From an uncultured cyanobacterium (GTDB taxonomy: Bacteria > Cyanobacteriota > Cyanobacteriia > CAKZMO01): 64,000 nt of DNA. A model generated the notes under the pieces. That model did no database searches. It was given only the letters and a program-made list of their open reading frames with translations, and had not been told where the DNA came from. Position numbers and translations under genes: made by a program. Position 1 is the first letter of the stretch. Each line of letters starts with the position of its first letter. Shown here in pieces: positions 29,149 to 39,729 of this stretch. Location of the stretch: NCBI GenBank assembly GCA_963719515.1, contig CAVRCJ010000003.1, positions 736,001 to 800,000 of the forward strand. The letters are read 5' to 3'.

Positions 29149-31233
29149 ATGAGTAAACCCAACGCCATCCCCGCCGTCTCCGTCACCTACGTCCAAGACG
29201 GGACCTCCACAAAATCCAACGCGCTGGGCATGCGCCCGATGCAGGAACGGGCCTACCAAAAGCGCGGCGAACAATACCTGCTGATTAAATCGCCCCCTGC
29301 CTCCGGTAAGAGCCGGGCGCTAATGTTCATTGCCCTCGACAAGCTAGAGAACCAGAGTGTCAAGCAGGCCATCGTCGTCGTTCCCGAAAAGTCCATTGGC
29401 TCTAGCTTCCACGACGAACCGCTGAGCGAGTTCGGGTTTTGGGCTGATTGGCATGTCGAACCCCGGTGGAACCTCTGCGATGCCCCCGGCGGCGACAACG
29501 GCGGGAAAGTCGATGCCGTGAAGACGTTCCTAGATAGCGACGCGAAGGCATTGGTCTGCACCCATGCCACCTTCCGGTTCGCCGTGGAAAAGTTCGGCGT
29601 TGCAGCCTTCGACGATCGCCTCATCGCCGTAGACGAATTTCACCACGTCTCCGCCAACCCTGATAACAAGCTGGGCGACTATATCCGTCAGCTCATGGCC
29701 CGCGAAAGGGCCCATATCGTCGCCATGACCGGCTCCTACTTTCGCGGCGACGCTGAAGCCGTACTGCACCCCGAAGATGAAGCCCGCTTCGATACCGTTA
29801 CCTACACCTACTACGAGCAGCTCAACGGCTACCAATACCTCAAGCAGCTCGACATCGGCTACTACTTTTATTCGGGTAGCTACACCGACGAAATCATGCA
29901 GGTGCTCAATCCGCATGAGAAGACCATCCTGCATATTCCCAACGTCAACTCCCGCGAAAGCACCAAAGACAAAATCCGCGAGGTAGAGCACATCATTGAT
30001 GAGCTGGGGGAATGGCTGGGCGCTGACCCTAACACCGGATTTCAGCGGGTTAAAACTGCTGACGGCACCGTGCTCAAGATTGCCGACCTCGTAGATGACG
30101 ACCCCAGCAAGCGGGACAAAGTCGCCGCCGCCCTCAAAGACCCTACTCAAAAGAACAACCGCGACCATGTTGACATCATCATTGCCCTTGGCATGGCCAA
30201 GGAAGGCTTTGACTGGATCTGGTGCGAGCATGCCCTGACGGTGGGCTACCGCTCTAGCCTGACGGAAATTGTGCAAATCATTGGCCGGGCCACCCGCGAT
30301 GCCCCCAACAAGACCCGCGCCCGGTTCACTAACTTAATTGCTGAACCCGACGCCACTGAAACAGTCGTCACCGAAGCCGTGAACGATACCCTCAAAGCGA
30401 TCGCCGCCAGCCTGCTGATGGAGCAAGTGCTTGCGCCCCGCTTTGAGTTTCGGCCTAAGCGCCGCGACAATGCGCCCACAGATGGCTACGACTACGGCGA
30501 GGATGGCTACGACCCGAGTGGGTGCAACGTGGGCGTCAACCCGAATACTGGCCAGATTCAAATTGAAATTAAGGGACTGGCTGAGCCCAAGAGCCCAGAG
30601 GCTGAGCGGATCTGCCGCGAAGACTTGACCGAACTCGTAACGGCCTTCGTGCAAGATAAGCCAACCATCGAGAAGGGCCTTTTTACAGAAAAAGAGGAGC
30701 TGGTGCCTGAAGAACTGACCCAGGTGCGTATGGGTAAAATTGTTCAAGAGAAATTTCCGGACCTAGGCAACGAAGATCAAGAAGCTATCCGCCAGCATGC
30801 GATCGCCGCGCTCAACCTAGTCCAGCAGGGTAAAAACGTAGTGGGCGAAGCGGCTGGAGCGTACAACGTCAATGCCGATGGCGGCGAGCCGACGAAGAAC
30901 ACGGCTTTGATTGATGGGATAAGAAAGTTTGCCCTCTCAGTCACCGACCTCGATATGGATCTAATCGATCGCATCAACCCCTTTGGTGAAGCCTACGCCA
31001 TCTTGGCAAAGACCATGAGCGAAGAGCGGCTGAAGCAGGTTGCTGCAGTAATCGCCGCTAAGCGAATTAGCCTCACCGTAGACGAAGCGAGAGAACTGGC
31101 CAGGCGGGCGGTACGATTTAAACAAGAGAAAGGCCGAGTCCCTTCCCTTACGGCCACTGACCCCTGGGAAAAACGCATGGCGGAAGGAATCACCTTCTTG
31201 CAGCGCAAGGTAAGAGAGGAGACTGATGGCTAA
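29149..31233 (+). CDS. YeeB-like SF2 helicase/ATPase
   Basis: SPPASGKS, DEFHH, MTGS, KEGFD, QIIGRATR. Confidence 0.9.
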   Translation: MSKPNAIPAVSVTYVQDGTSTKSNALGMRPMQERAYQKRGEQYLLIKSPPASGKSRALMFIALDKLENQSVKQAIVVVPEKSIGSSFHDEPLSEFGFWADWHVEPRWNLCDAPGGDNGGKVDAVKTFLDSDAKALVCTHATFRFAVEKFGVAAFDDRLIAVDEFHHVSANPDNKLGDYIRQLMARERAHIVAMTGSYFRGDAEAVLHPEDEARFDTVTYTYYEQLNGYQYLKQLDIGYYFYSGSYTDEIMQVLNPHEKTILHIPNVNSRESTKDKIREVEHIIDELGEWLGADPNTGFQRVKTADGTVLKIADLVDDDPSKRDKVAAALKDPTQKNNRDHVDIIIALGMAKEGFDWIWCEHALTVGYRSSLTEIVQIIGRATRDAPNKTRARFTNLIAEPDATETVVTEAVNDTLKAIAASLLMEQVLAPRFEFRPKRRDNAPTDGYDYGEDGYDPSGCNVGVNPNTGQIQIEIKGLAEPKSPEAERICREDLTELVTAFVQDKPTIEKGLFTEKEELVPEELTQVRMGKIVQEKFPDLGNEDQEAIRQHAIAALNLVQQGKNVVGEAAGAYNVNADGGEPTKNTALIDGIRKFALSVTDLDMDLIDRINPFGEAYAILAKTMSEERLKQVAAVIAAKRISLTVDEARELARRAVRFKQEKGRVPSLTATDPWEKRMAEGITFLQRKVREETDG

Positions 31234-32419
31234 GCACACCACTGACGCTGATCTGGACCTGCTCGCTGAACTAGGCGTGGATACTGCACCCACCCCCACT
31301 ATTAAGCGGTCCCAGAAAGAAGAACGAATCATTGCGGGCTTTGAGGAAATTGAGCGATTTGTAGAAGAGCACGGCCATTTCCCTCAGCATGGCGAGGACC
31401 GCGATATCTTTGAGCGCCTCTACGCCGTGCGTCTCGATCGCTTGCGAGAATTAGAGGACTGTCGCGAACTGTTGAAGCCGCTAGATTCGCGCGGGCTGCT
31501 AGAGGCCGATGCCGCCTTCGCTCTCCCCATAGGTGAAAATCTAGATGACGAAACGCTGCTCGCAGAACTGGGCGTTGATGCTACCTCAGAAAACGACGTC
31601 ACTCAGCTTACGCATGTTCGCTCCCGCCAGGAAATCAAAGCCGCTGAGGAAATCGCCCAGCGTAACCCCTGCAAAGACTTCGCCGAGTTTGAGCCTGTTT
31701 TTAAGCAAGTGCAGCAGGACTTGGACGCCGGAGTACGGCAAACGCTGAAGTATCAAGACAATGCAGCAATCAACACAGGTGACTTATTCATTCTGGATGG
31801 GCAAAAAGTATTGGTAGCCGACATGGGCGAGCCGTTCGTGAGCGACTATGGCCGCCAGGACCGTAGACTACGGGTGATTTACGACAACGCGACCGAGAGC
31901 GATTTACTATTGCGATCTCTCCAGAGAGCCTTAAATAAAGACAAAGCTAGTCGCCGAATTACTAAGACAGAGAACTTTGGTCCCCTGTTCTCCCATACTG
32001 AAGACGAAGACGACTTGGCAGCTGGTTGCATTTACGTGCTGCGCAGCCAGTCAGATGATCCATTCATTGCCAAGCATCGATCGATAATTCATAAGATTGG
32101 TGTAACTGGAGGTGATGTAAAAAAGCGAGTTGCCAATGCCAAAAATGACCCAACTTACCTACTCGCAGAGGTAGAAATTGTTACTACCTTCAAGCTATTT
32201 AACATCAACCGAAAGAAGCTTGAGGCCCTTCTTCATAAGGTTTTCGACAGCGCTCGACTAGATGTAGAATTATCCGATCGCTTTGGTGTACCCGTACAGC
32301 CAAGGGAATGGTTTCTTATCCCATTTGAGGTGATCGAGGAAGTGATTGAGAAAATAAAAGTAGGAACCCTCGATCAGTTTCGATACAGTCCGGAAACAGC
32401 AAGTCTTACGCGGCTGTAG
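31226..32419 (+). CDS. YeeC-like T5orf172/GIY-YIG nuclease
   Basis: GCIYVL, HKIGVT, KKRVANA, LEALLH, PREWF; overlaps helicase stop. Confidence 0.88.
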   Translation: MAKHTTDADLDLLAELGVDTAPTPTIKRSQKEERIIAGFEEIERFVEEHGHFPQHGEDRDIFERLYAVRLDRLRELEDCRELLKPLDSRGLLEADAAFALPIGENLDDETLLAELGVDATSENDVTQLTHVRSRQEIKAAEEIAQRNPCKDFAEFEPVFKQVQQDLDAGVRQTLKYQDNAAINTGDLFILDGQKVLVADMGEPFVSDYGRQDRRLRVIYDNATESDLLLRSLQRALNKDKASRRITKTENFGPLFSHTEDEDDLAAGCIYVLRSQSDDPFIAKHRSIIHKIGVTGGDVKKRVANAKNDPTYLLAEVEIVTTFKLFNINRKKLEALLHKVFDSARLDVELSDRFGVPVQPREWFLIPFEVIEEVIEKIKVGTLDQFRYSPETASLTRL

Positions 32420-32455
32420 TGCGACTCGATGAAATAAACCCTGAGAAACTGCAAA

Positions 32456-32968
32456 ATGCAAAAACAAAGCATAGACTCAATCAAGACGATATTCAAAGAC
32501 CGCCTCACCACCCTTGAGCACCTCCTAAAAACCGCTCAAACCCACTTCAACGGCGACGAATCATTCCTCGAAACCCGCCTCGCCCCCGACATGCTCCCCT
32601 TCGGCACCCAAATCGCCTTCACCTGCAACCAACCCCGCAGCTTCGCCCTGTGGTGCAGCGGCAACCCCATGGATAACCTCGATCCAAGCGTCACCTCCCT
32701 CGCCCAAGCCTACGACCACATCGCCAACACCAAAGCGCTGCTGACGAGCATCGACGCCGAAGACGACAAGCTAGAAGAGGTTGCGCGCATCGACCTCGGC
32801 CCCGGCACCTACTTAGAGCTGCCAGGACGCACCTACGTCAACGACTTCCTGATGCCAAACTTCTACTTTCATCTGGTGACGGCTTACGACATTCTTCGCA
32901 TGGCCGGCGTCCCCATCGGAAAACGGGACTACATGATGCATCTGGTGCCGTTCCTCAAGCAGGCGTAA
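32456..32968 (+). CDS. DUF1993 domain protein
   Basis: RLAPDMLP, PNFYFHLVTAYDILRMAGVPIGKRDY. Confidence 0.9.
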   Translation: MQKQSIDSIKTIFKDRLTTLEHLLKTAQTHFNGDESFLETRLAPDMLPFGTQIAFTCNQPRSFALWCSGNPMDNLDPSVTSLAQAYDHIANTKALLTSIDAEDDKLEEVARIDLGPGTYLELPGRTYVNDFLMPNFYFHLVTAYDILRMAGVPIGKRDYMMHLVPFLKQA

Positions 32969-33075
32969 CGCCTCCAGCTCCCATAGCACCGCCCTACGGC
33001 CAGCCTCCCTAACCTAGACGAGATTTATCTCAGCAACCGGCAATTCTCCGCTGGATAGGTTATTGCAAAACGTAT

Positions 33076-33732
33076 CTACTCGATTTTTATCTCAAGGGAA
33101 TAGTCGCTCACCGAACCTGCATTGGCCGCTGAGCCAGAGTGCGCCACCCGCACTCTATATTCTCCGTCTGCCGGCAGCGTCCCTCGCCAGCGCCACCCTT
33201 CAAACTGAGCGCTGCCCGGAGGCGTTATCGACTGCGATTCTGCCGCCGGTACCCCCTGAATATCGTCGGGCTGATACCCCTCATTTTCAATCACGATAAG
33301 TAGCGCCGGGCCGTCGCTGCGCATTGTCGCTTCTAGGATTTGTCCCGCAAACGCCTGCACAATGTAGTCGTGGAGGGCAAAGCCAGCAATGCTGCCGCTC
33401 ACCGCAGCGCTGCTTGCACCTGGGGCAAACCGGACGGTCTCAACCTTGTCAGCCTCCATTGCCGAGTTCGTCGCCGAGCTATTGTCGGCTGGCGCTGGGC
33501 TTTCGCTTTGCGGCTCGCTTCGAGCTGGCTCCGATGGCGGTGTCTGGCGCGGCTGCTCCGCTTCGGGCGAGGTCTCCCCGGTTGAAGCTTCGGGATTACC
33601 CGTTTGGGAGCGATCGCCATCGGTACGGGTTTCGGCTGCCGGAGGGCGAGCAGGGTCAGCAGGCGCGGGGCTGCGAGCGCAGGCCCCGGCAAGTAGAACT
33701 GCGAGTAGGGCGACAGCTGGTTTTACGGACAT
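33076..33732 (-). CDS. Lipoprotein with low-complexity linker and C-terminal beta domain (PPC-like)
   Basis: LAGAC lipobox-like signal; VRFAPGASSA...DY...LPADGEYRVRV. Confidence 0.7.
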   Translation of the reverse strand: MSVKPAVALLAVLLAGACARSPAPADPARPPAAETRTDGDRSQTGNPEASTGETSPEAEQPRQTPPSEPARSEPQSESPAPADNSSATNSAMEADKVETVRFAPGASSAAVSGSIAGFALHDYIVQAFAGQILEATMRSDGPALLIVIENEGYQPDDIQGVPAAESQSITPPGSAQFEGWRWRGTLPADGEYRVRVAHSGSAANAGSVSDYSLEIKIE

Positions 33733-33781
33733 GGTGATTGAGAACGAATGGGGCAGTGGGTAAATAAATCAATAACGGCGA

Positions 33782-34738
33782 CTAATCGCAGCGGACCAGC
33801 GTTTTTGGCTCGAACCCTTCAGATCTCCATTCCAGTCGGACACCGTCTTCAGCTGGCTCGATAAAATACTCAGCCGGGCTTGAACTCACCTCTGGTACCC
33901 CCTCCCGCTGATAATAGGTGGCGTCAATGACGTACCCATTCTCTTGAGGGATAACGCTGTTCACCGTCGCGTCGCCACCGTAAAAGTCGAGCTTGTCTGG
34001 GGAGATGGTCACCTCAGCCATTGATGTTCCCGGCTCCGAGCACTGCGCTTGAGTGGTATCAAAGGTGCCCAGCACGGCGTCCGGAAGCTGAGTGCTGTTT
34101 GGCGAGGCGGCGGCGGAACGAGAGCTGCAGTCAAAGGTTTTAGCGTCCCGATCAGCAATTTGGCGAGCGGCGACGTTCTGGCTAGGCTCAGCGTCGGCGG
34201 TGACCCAATCGACTAGGCAGCCGGGGTCTCCCTCCTGGCCAATTGTGAAAACGGCTAGCTCTGACGATTGGACGTTGGGGCTACCGCCCGATTCGAAGTT
34301 GTAGCGCAGGATAGCCGCCACCGGCTGACCGCCCTGAAGTCGCCACTCGACGGTATCGCCGATTGAGTTGAAGGGGCGATTTGCGGTCGTCCACTCGTCG
34401 TTGGGGACGCCCGCGTCGACGTCGAACCGAATGTCCGATTCGGTGACGTAGAGCGGGATGCCTTGGTACCCTTCACAGCGCAGCGCCATACCGCCGCTCT
34501 CTTCGTAGGTCTCTAGAACTTCGCAGTCCTCAAGGTTTAAATCGGTGTAGGCGCTTTCAATATCGTCAGCGTCGCTGGAGGCGTTGGCGTCGGCCTTCTG
34601 ATTTTTAGAGGGCGAAGTAGTTTCTGGAGTTTTAGGATCTGAGGCGGTGCTAGCGCGATCGCCCTGCCCTGAGCAGGCTGTGAGTAGCGCGGCGATGGTA
34701 ACGACGCTAAACAGCTTTTTGCTGATGCTTGTTTTCAC
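33782..34738 (-). CDS. Hypothetical lipoprotein
   Basis: LTAC lipobox after GTG 34738; the longer track ORF extends into the IS630 end. Confidence 0.7.
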   Translation of the reverse strand: MKTSISKKLFSVVTIAALLTACSGQGDRASTASDPKTPETTSPSKNQKADANASSDADDIESAYTDLNLEDCEVLETYEESGGMALRCEGYQGIPLYVTESDIRFDVDAGVPNDEWTTANRPFNSIGDTVEWRLQGGQPVAAILRYNFESGGSPNVQSSELAVFTIGQEGDPGCLVDWVTADAEPSQNVAARQIADRDAKTFDCSSRSAAASPNSTQLPDAVLGTFDTTQAQCSEPGTSMAEVTISPDKLDFYGGDATVNSVIPQENGYVIDATYYQREGVPEVSSSPAEYFIEPAEDGVRLEWRSEGFEPKTLVRCD

Positions 34739-34804
34739 GACTATGGAAGAATAAGCTGCTTTACAGCAGATGTACAAGAGCAGAAGAACTTTATCTGCTG
34801 AATG

Positions 34805-35997
34805 TAAGTAGTTCGGCCTTGAAAAGCTTAGCAACATGTAGTTCTATGAAGGAACAACTCTATCGTCAGTGGGAGGCATCATGTCATGGGCGCACGCTTA
34901 CGCATCTTCCTCAATCCTGAAGAGGATCGCACCTTATTTGAACTGCGCAAAGCCAAGACGGTTCCTCAAAGAGTCAAAGACCGAGCCCAAGCGGTTCGTT
35001 TGAGCCATCAGGGGATGTACGTGGAGAAGATAGCCGCTCACTTTGGCCAGAACGTGCAAACGGTGCGCCAGACGCTACGTCGGTGGCAGGAGAGAGGGTT
35101 AGGCGGGCTGTGGGATGGCCCTCACCCCGGTGCCAAGCGGCGATGGCAGAACGAGGATATGGAACATCTAGAATCATGCCTGAGGGAAGAGCCACGAACC
35201 TACAATAGTCGCCAGCTAGCGCAAAAGCTAGCAGAAGAGCGAGGAGTACAGTTGAGCGCAGACCATCTCAGACGGGTACTGGAAAAAAGGGGGTGATATG
35301 GAAGAGGACGCGCCACTCTCACCGCAACAAGCAAGACCCAGAGGAGAAGGCAAAGAAGCAAGCAGACTTGGATATGCTGGAGTGGGCAGCGGCGGCAGGG
35401 GATATTGACCTTTTCTACACGGATGAGTCTGGTTTCTGCCAGTGGATGCCCGTAGGTTACAGCTACTATTTCCGGGGTGAGCAGAAGCGGCAAGAGCAAA
35501 CGAAGCGAAAGGGCAGACGCGTCAGTATATTGGGGCTGCTCCAAGGAGGCATCAAGTTTGTCTATGCCTTAGTGATTGGTAGTTTCGACGCGCAGCGCTA
35601 CATCACCGTGATGGACGAGCAGGCTCGCCAGGCCCAAAAGGTGATGGAGAAAACCGGACGCATAAGAGTGATTGTGCAGGACAATGCTCCAATCCATACC
35701 TGTAAGCAGGTGCAGCAGAAACGAGCCCAGTGGGAATCACAGGGACTGTATCTGTTCTTCTTGCCCAAGTATTGCTCCGAGATGAATCCGATTGAGGGCG
35801 AGTGGCATCAGCTCAAGGCGCACGAACTTGCAGGGCAGATGTTCGAGGATGAATTAGATCTTTGCTATGCGGCCATCGATGGCATTGGTGCCAGAGCGCA
35901 GGCGGGCGGATATGAAGCACAGCGCTTTAGATTTCCCTCCAAACTGGACCCTTTACAATCCGTTGCATAGCTCAGCTTTTCTAGCCCTACCTACTTA
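34805..35997 (+). mobile_element. IS630-family insertion sequence
   Basis: Ends taagtagttcggccttgaaaagct / agcttttctagccctacctactta (20/24), TA at both ends. Confidence 0.9.
34886..35970 (+). CDS. IS630 transposase in two ORFs joined by a probable programmed -1 frameshift
   Basis: HTH ORF 34886-35296 and DDE ORF (DESG, QDNAPIH, PKYCSEMNPIE); slippery AAAAAAGGGGG at 35283-35293. Confidence 0.9.
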
Positions 35998-36019
35998 ACT
36001 TAGCTTGCACAGCGCTTCC

Positions 36020-37751
36020 CCCGGATATCTCACCAAGAGGTAGAAGTTGGGGTCAAAGAACTGCGAGAATGCAGATACCACAAAGCTTCTGGCAGCTTTA
36101 ACCTATGACCCCAACAATTACAGAGTGTAGCGGAAAACCCATCGTTGTAGATCGCATCGACAAGCGCAAGGTTGTCGTGGATTTTGATGGTGGGCACCTG
36201 AGCCACGACGGTGGGCTAGCGCTAGTGGCAGCAGTAGATCGCCACTTTGGCATCAGCGGTAAGTTTGCGGAGTGCTTCACGGACCACCGAGACCCATCAC
36301 GGGTGCAGCATAGCGTAGAGCATCTGTTGAGCCAGCGGCTGTATGGATTGGTGCAGGGATATGAGGATCTCAATGACCATGAGCAGTTGCGCCACGACCT
36401 GAGCTTCTGCGCGGCGGTTGGGAAGCTTGAGAGCAATCACGCCCGCTGCGCGCCGTTGTCAGGCAAGAGTACGCTGAATCGCTTCGAGGGCTCGCCGCAC
36501 TACGACAGCGAAAAGCCAGGGCGCTACGTGCGCATCAGCATGGACCGGGAGGCGATAGAGCAAACGTTTCTTGACCTATTTTTCCAGCTATCAGAGCCCA
36601 CTCCAAAGGAGCTGATATTGGACTTGGACGTAACCGATGATGCTACCCATGGCAACCAGATTGATAGCTTCTTCAATGGCTACTACCAGCATGAGTGCTA
36701 CGCGCCGCTGTTGATTTTCTGCGGACATCACCTGCTGGCGGCGCAACTGCGCCCTTCGAACGTGGACCCAGCTCAAGGCGCTTTGGAGCAGCTGCAGCGC
36801 ATCATTCCCAAGCTGCGTCTGCGCTGGCCTGAGGTGAGAATCATCGTGCGGGGCGACAGCGCCTATGGCCGAGAGGACATCATGAGCTGGTGCGAGGCGC
36901 AGCCAAGTGTGGACTATGTGCTGGGGCTAGCGGGCAATGGGGTTTTGGAGCGCATGAGCCAACCGCTTGAAGCCAAGGCTAAAGCTGAGTTCGAGCGCTG
37001 CGGTAGCGTCGAGCCTCCCTTGCCCACCACCGCTTGGTATCGTACCGTCTACTACCGCACCCAATCGTCTTGGACAAGGCGGCGGCGCGTGGTGAGCAAA
37101 ATCACCTACTCAGAGGCTGGCCCCAAGCGTCACTATGTCGTCACCTCGATTCCCGCGAGCCAGATGCTTCCTTCAGCGCTTCACCAAGACCTCTATTGCC
37201 CCAGGGGCGATATGGAGAATCGCATCAAGGAACACCAGCTTGCCCTGTTCAGCGACCGCACCTCTACCCATACCTTCGAGAGTAACCAGCTGCGGCTTTG
37301 GTTCTCTTCGATGGCCTATGTGCTCATGCATGCCCTTCGTCAGCATCTGCTCTATGGCACCGTCCTTGCCAAGGCTCAGCTGGGCACCATCCGCCTCAAG
37401 CTCCTCAAGCTCGCTGCCCATATTCGCTTATCCGTTAGGCGGGTTCACATTGCCCTTGCTTCCCATGAACCTTACCGTGACTTGCTCGAGCGGCTTTACT
37501 ACCGATTGAACCAGCTGCCTCGGCCAGGGTAGACCCCTTGAGCTACGTTGCTTATTAATCTCATAGCCTCTGGTGCCTTTGGCCTCGCTTCAGCCTGCCG
37601 ATTTTTTCCAAAAATCTCTGCCCTCTGCTCTCGGCGATCGCCTAGAGCGCATTTGTCGTCCCCACGGCCATTCCAGAATCAGCTCATTCTCACTAAGCTG
37701 TTACTATTGACACTCAGCTTCCCCCCTCAATTTGCTTGTGAGAAATCCGGG
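36020..37751 (+). mobile_element. IS1380-family insertion sequence
   Basis: TIR cccggatatctcac / gtgagaaatccggg; TTCC target duplication (36016-36019, 37752-37755). Confidence 0.9.
36105..37532 (+). CDS. IS1380 transposase
   Basis: FDGGHLSHDGG, GYEDLNDH, LDLDVT, RGDSAY, YCPRGDMENRIKE. Confidence 0.93.
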   Translation: MTPTITECSGKPIVVDRIDKRKVVVDFDGGHLSHDGGLALVAAVDRHFGISGKFAECFTDHRDPSRVQHSVEHLLSQRLYGLVQGYEDLNDHEQLRHDLSFCAAVGKLESNHARCAPLSGKSTLNRFEGSPHYDSEKPGRYVRISMDREAIEQTFLDLFFQLSEPTPKELILDLDVTDDATHGNQIDSFFNGYYQHECYAPLLIFCGHHLLAAQLRPSNVDPAQGALEQLQRIIPKLRLRWPEVRIIVRGDSAYGREDIMSWCEAQPSVDYVLGLAGNGVLERMSQPLEAKAKAEFERCGSVEPPLPTTAWYRTVYYRTQSSWTRRRRVVSKITYSEAGPKRHYVVTSIPASQMLPSALHQDLYCPRGDMENRIKEHQLALFSDRTSTHTFESNQLRLWFSSMAYVLMHALRQHLLYGTVLAKAQLGTIRLKLLKLAAHIRLSVRRVHIALASHEPYRDLLERLYYRLNQLPRPG

Positions 37752-37870
37752 TTCCCCCACCGGTTTTTAGGCCACTTTTTTAGTCGTCAGTTTGATGGCT
37801 GCGCGATCGCCCCATCTTTCGATGCTAAAATTGCCAGCTGCAATGTTGGCAGAGACAAAGCCAGAGAACC

Positions 37871-39571
37871 TTAAAAGTTAGACCTCCAAATATGAACACC
37901 ACGCTGTGCCAGCCGCCGCTGTCTAGACGCAATCGCATCGGCGGTCCACTCTTCAGCCGATATACGGTTTGTTAGGTTATAGACGCTTCTTGGATAGTAC
38001 TCACGCTTAATCGCGTAAGCTTGGTTACCGATTTCTCGATTTATAGGCGGTTCTAGCGGCGTTAGATTGCCAATGCGGTAAACTATTTCTTCAATCTGGC
38101 TGCCGCTAAAACACGTCCTCCAGTCTTCGCTTAGCGATTCAGGTAAGATATGCTCAATAGAAAACCCATCTTCACTGATATCTTCGCGGCCTGAGGCATC
38201 TATCTCAAGCTTCCAGAGAATATATCTTGCCAGCTTACGCTTTTGACCTTTTGTAGATATGGTAAGCAATGAAAAATCCTGTAAGAACTTTTCGTCAGAA
38301 ACATAAACTGGCCGCAGCCTCTCAAATACCTGCCTTGGGTAAGTTATCTCATCATTCGTAATTGCAATAGCGACTTTGTTGTAGAGTATCTCTAGCTCGT
38401 TTGGGTTTAGGCTGCTCACAATGTTGTAGCGGAAAGACAAGACGCAGACCAGTTTTAGCAAGCGAGTGAAATTTTCAGGCGCGAATCTTCCATAAGCGGC
38501 AAAGAGAGCTGGATAAGCCTGCTTGACTCGGAATAGTTCAAGTTCGCGAATATAGGGACGATTGCTTGGAGTGTCGCGCCAGAAATCATCATTAGAATTT
38601 CCAAGAGCGACAAACAGGCCGCTGTAGCCTTCAAGCTGGTCAAGTAGAGTGAAGGCCTGTTGTCCATTGGTCACGGCTTCTCGAACTGTCTTGAACAATC
38701 GCTCTCGTCTAACTCTAGTTTGCTGACGGCTTAAGTAATATCTTAAAAATTCAGGAAATTTCTCCATCTGAACGGTGCTAATAATCCTTCGCCATTGCCT
38801 TTGGGCTTCCTGCAAGTCGTCTGGGCCTTGAAATAGCGAAAATAAATAGTTTTTTAGCAAATCTGTTGAGCTGAGCTCCATTCCTCTGGCATTCAATGTT
38901 TCAAAGACGGTGTAAGCGTTCAACTCGTCCTCAATACTGATCTGAATGAAAAGCAGCCTTCGAGCAACTGTGTTGGTCAAGAATTCGGCCAGACCTTCGC
39001 CATCACTGACAACATCATGTAGATTTTCAAGCTGATTCGAAAAGTACTTAAAGGATTTCCAAAGTAGTTGATTTGATTTTGAAAGAGCGCGAATATTTAA
39101 TGGATTTCTAAGATTAATTAAGTTGCTTTGATAGAAATCATTATTGTTTTCATTTAGAATGATTTTACTCGAATAGCGAAGCGATCGCGGATCCTTATCG
39201 CTAAGATAAGTACGCTTTAAAATTTCTTGCCTTTCTTGATTCGCCTCTTTATGATTTTCACGCACTACAAGATTCTGTATTTTCTCGATTACGGCGATAG
39301 CAACGATACTCAGAGTGGCTAGTCTTTGCTGGCCGTCAATTACCGTAAAGTACTTGTCTGAAGTATCTGAGCTCTGCAAAACAATGGTGCCCATATAGTG
39401 GCTAGAGTCAGGCGTCTCGTAAATGGCCAAAATATCTTGCCAGAGATCTTCCCAGTACTCTTCTTTCCACGAGTAATCTCTTTGAAAAGGGGGGACTCGG
39501 TAAATCTTGCCATTGCCGATCAAATCGCCAAAGCTGGCAGTACGCGTGTCTAATAAGTTGTTTAGTGCCAT
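37871..39571 (-). CDS. DUF262-DUF1524 (GmrSD-like) modification-dependent nuclease
   Basis: FQRDYSW, IDGQQR, FETLNARG, SIEHILP, IGNLT. Confidence 0.9.
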   Translation of the reverse strand: MALNNLLDTRTASFGDLIGNGKIYRVPPFQRDYSWKEEYWEDLWQDILAIYETPDSSHYMGTIVLQSSDTSDKYFTVIDGQQRLATLSIVAIAVIEKIQNLVVRENHKEANQERQEILKRTYLSDKDPRSLRYSSKIILNENNNDFYQSNLINLRNPLNIRALSKSNQLLWKSFKYFSNQLENLHDVVSDGEGLAEFLTNTVARRLLFIQISIEDELNAYTVFETLNARGMELSSTDLLKNYLFSLFQGPDDLQEAQRQWRRIISTVQMEKFPEFLRYYLSRQQTRVRRERLFKTVREAVTNGQQAFTLLDQLEGYSGLFVALGNSNDDFWRDTPSNRPYIRELELFRVKQAYPALFAAYGRFAPENFTRLLKLVCVLSFRYNIVSSLNPNELEILYNKVAIAITNDEITYPRQVFERLRPVYVSDEKFLQDFSLLTISTKGQKRKLARYILWKLEIDASGREDISEDGFSIEHILPESLSEDWRTCFSGSQIEEIVYRIGNLTPLEPPINREIGNQAYAIKREYYPRSVYNLTNRISAEEWTADAIASRQRRLAQRGVHIWRSNF

Positions 39572-39729
39572 GGTCTTATTCTATGCACAGCTTCGCGATG
39601 ACTCGATTAGTCAAATTAACATAGGTACCGATAACCGACTGCCTCCTGTATCACCGACAGCTGCGTCTCTTCCTATAATGGAGTTTGCTAGGGATGTATC
39701 CCTACATACCTCCACCAGACGACCCGCCC

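Noticed and set aside
35283..35296. IS630 transposase as a broken pseudogene
   Set aside because: The split at an A6G5 slippery site is typical of programmed frameshifting in this family
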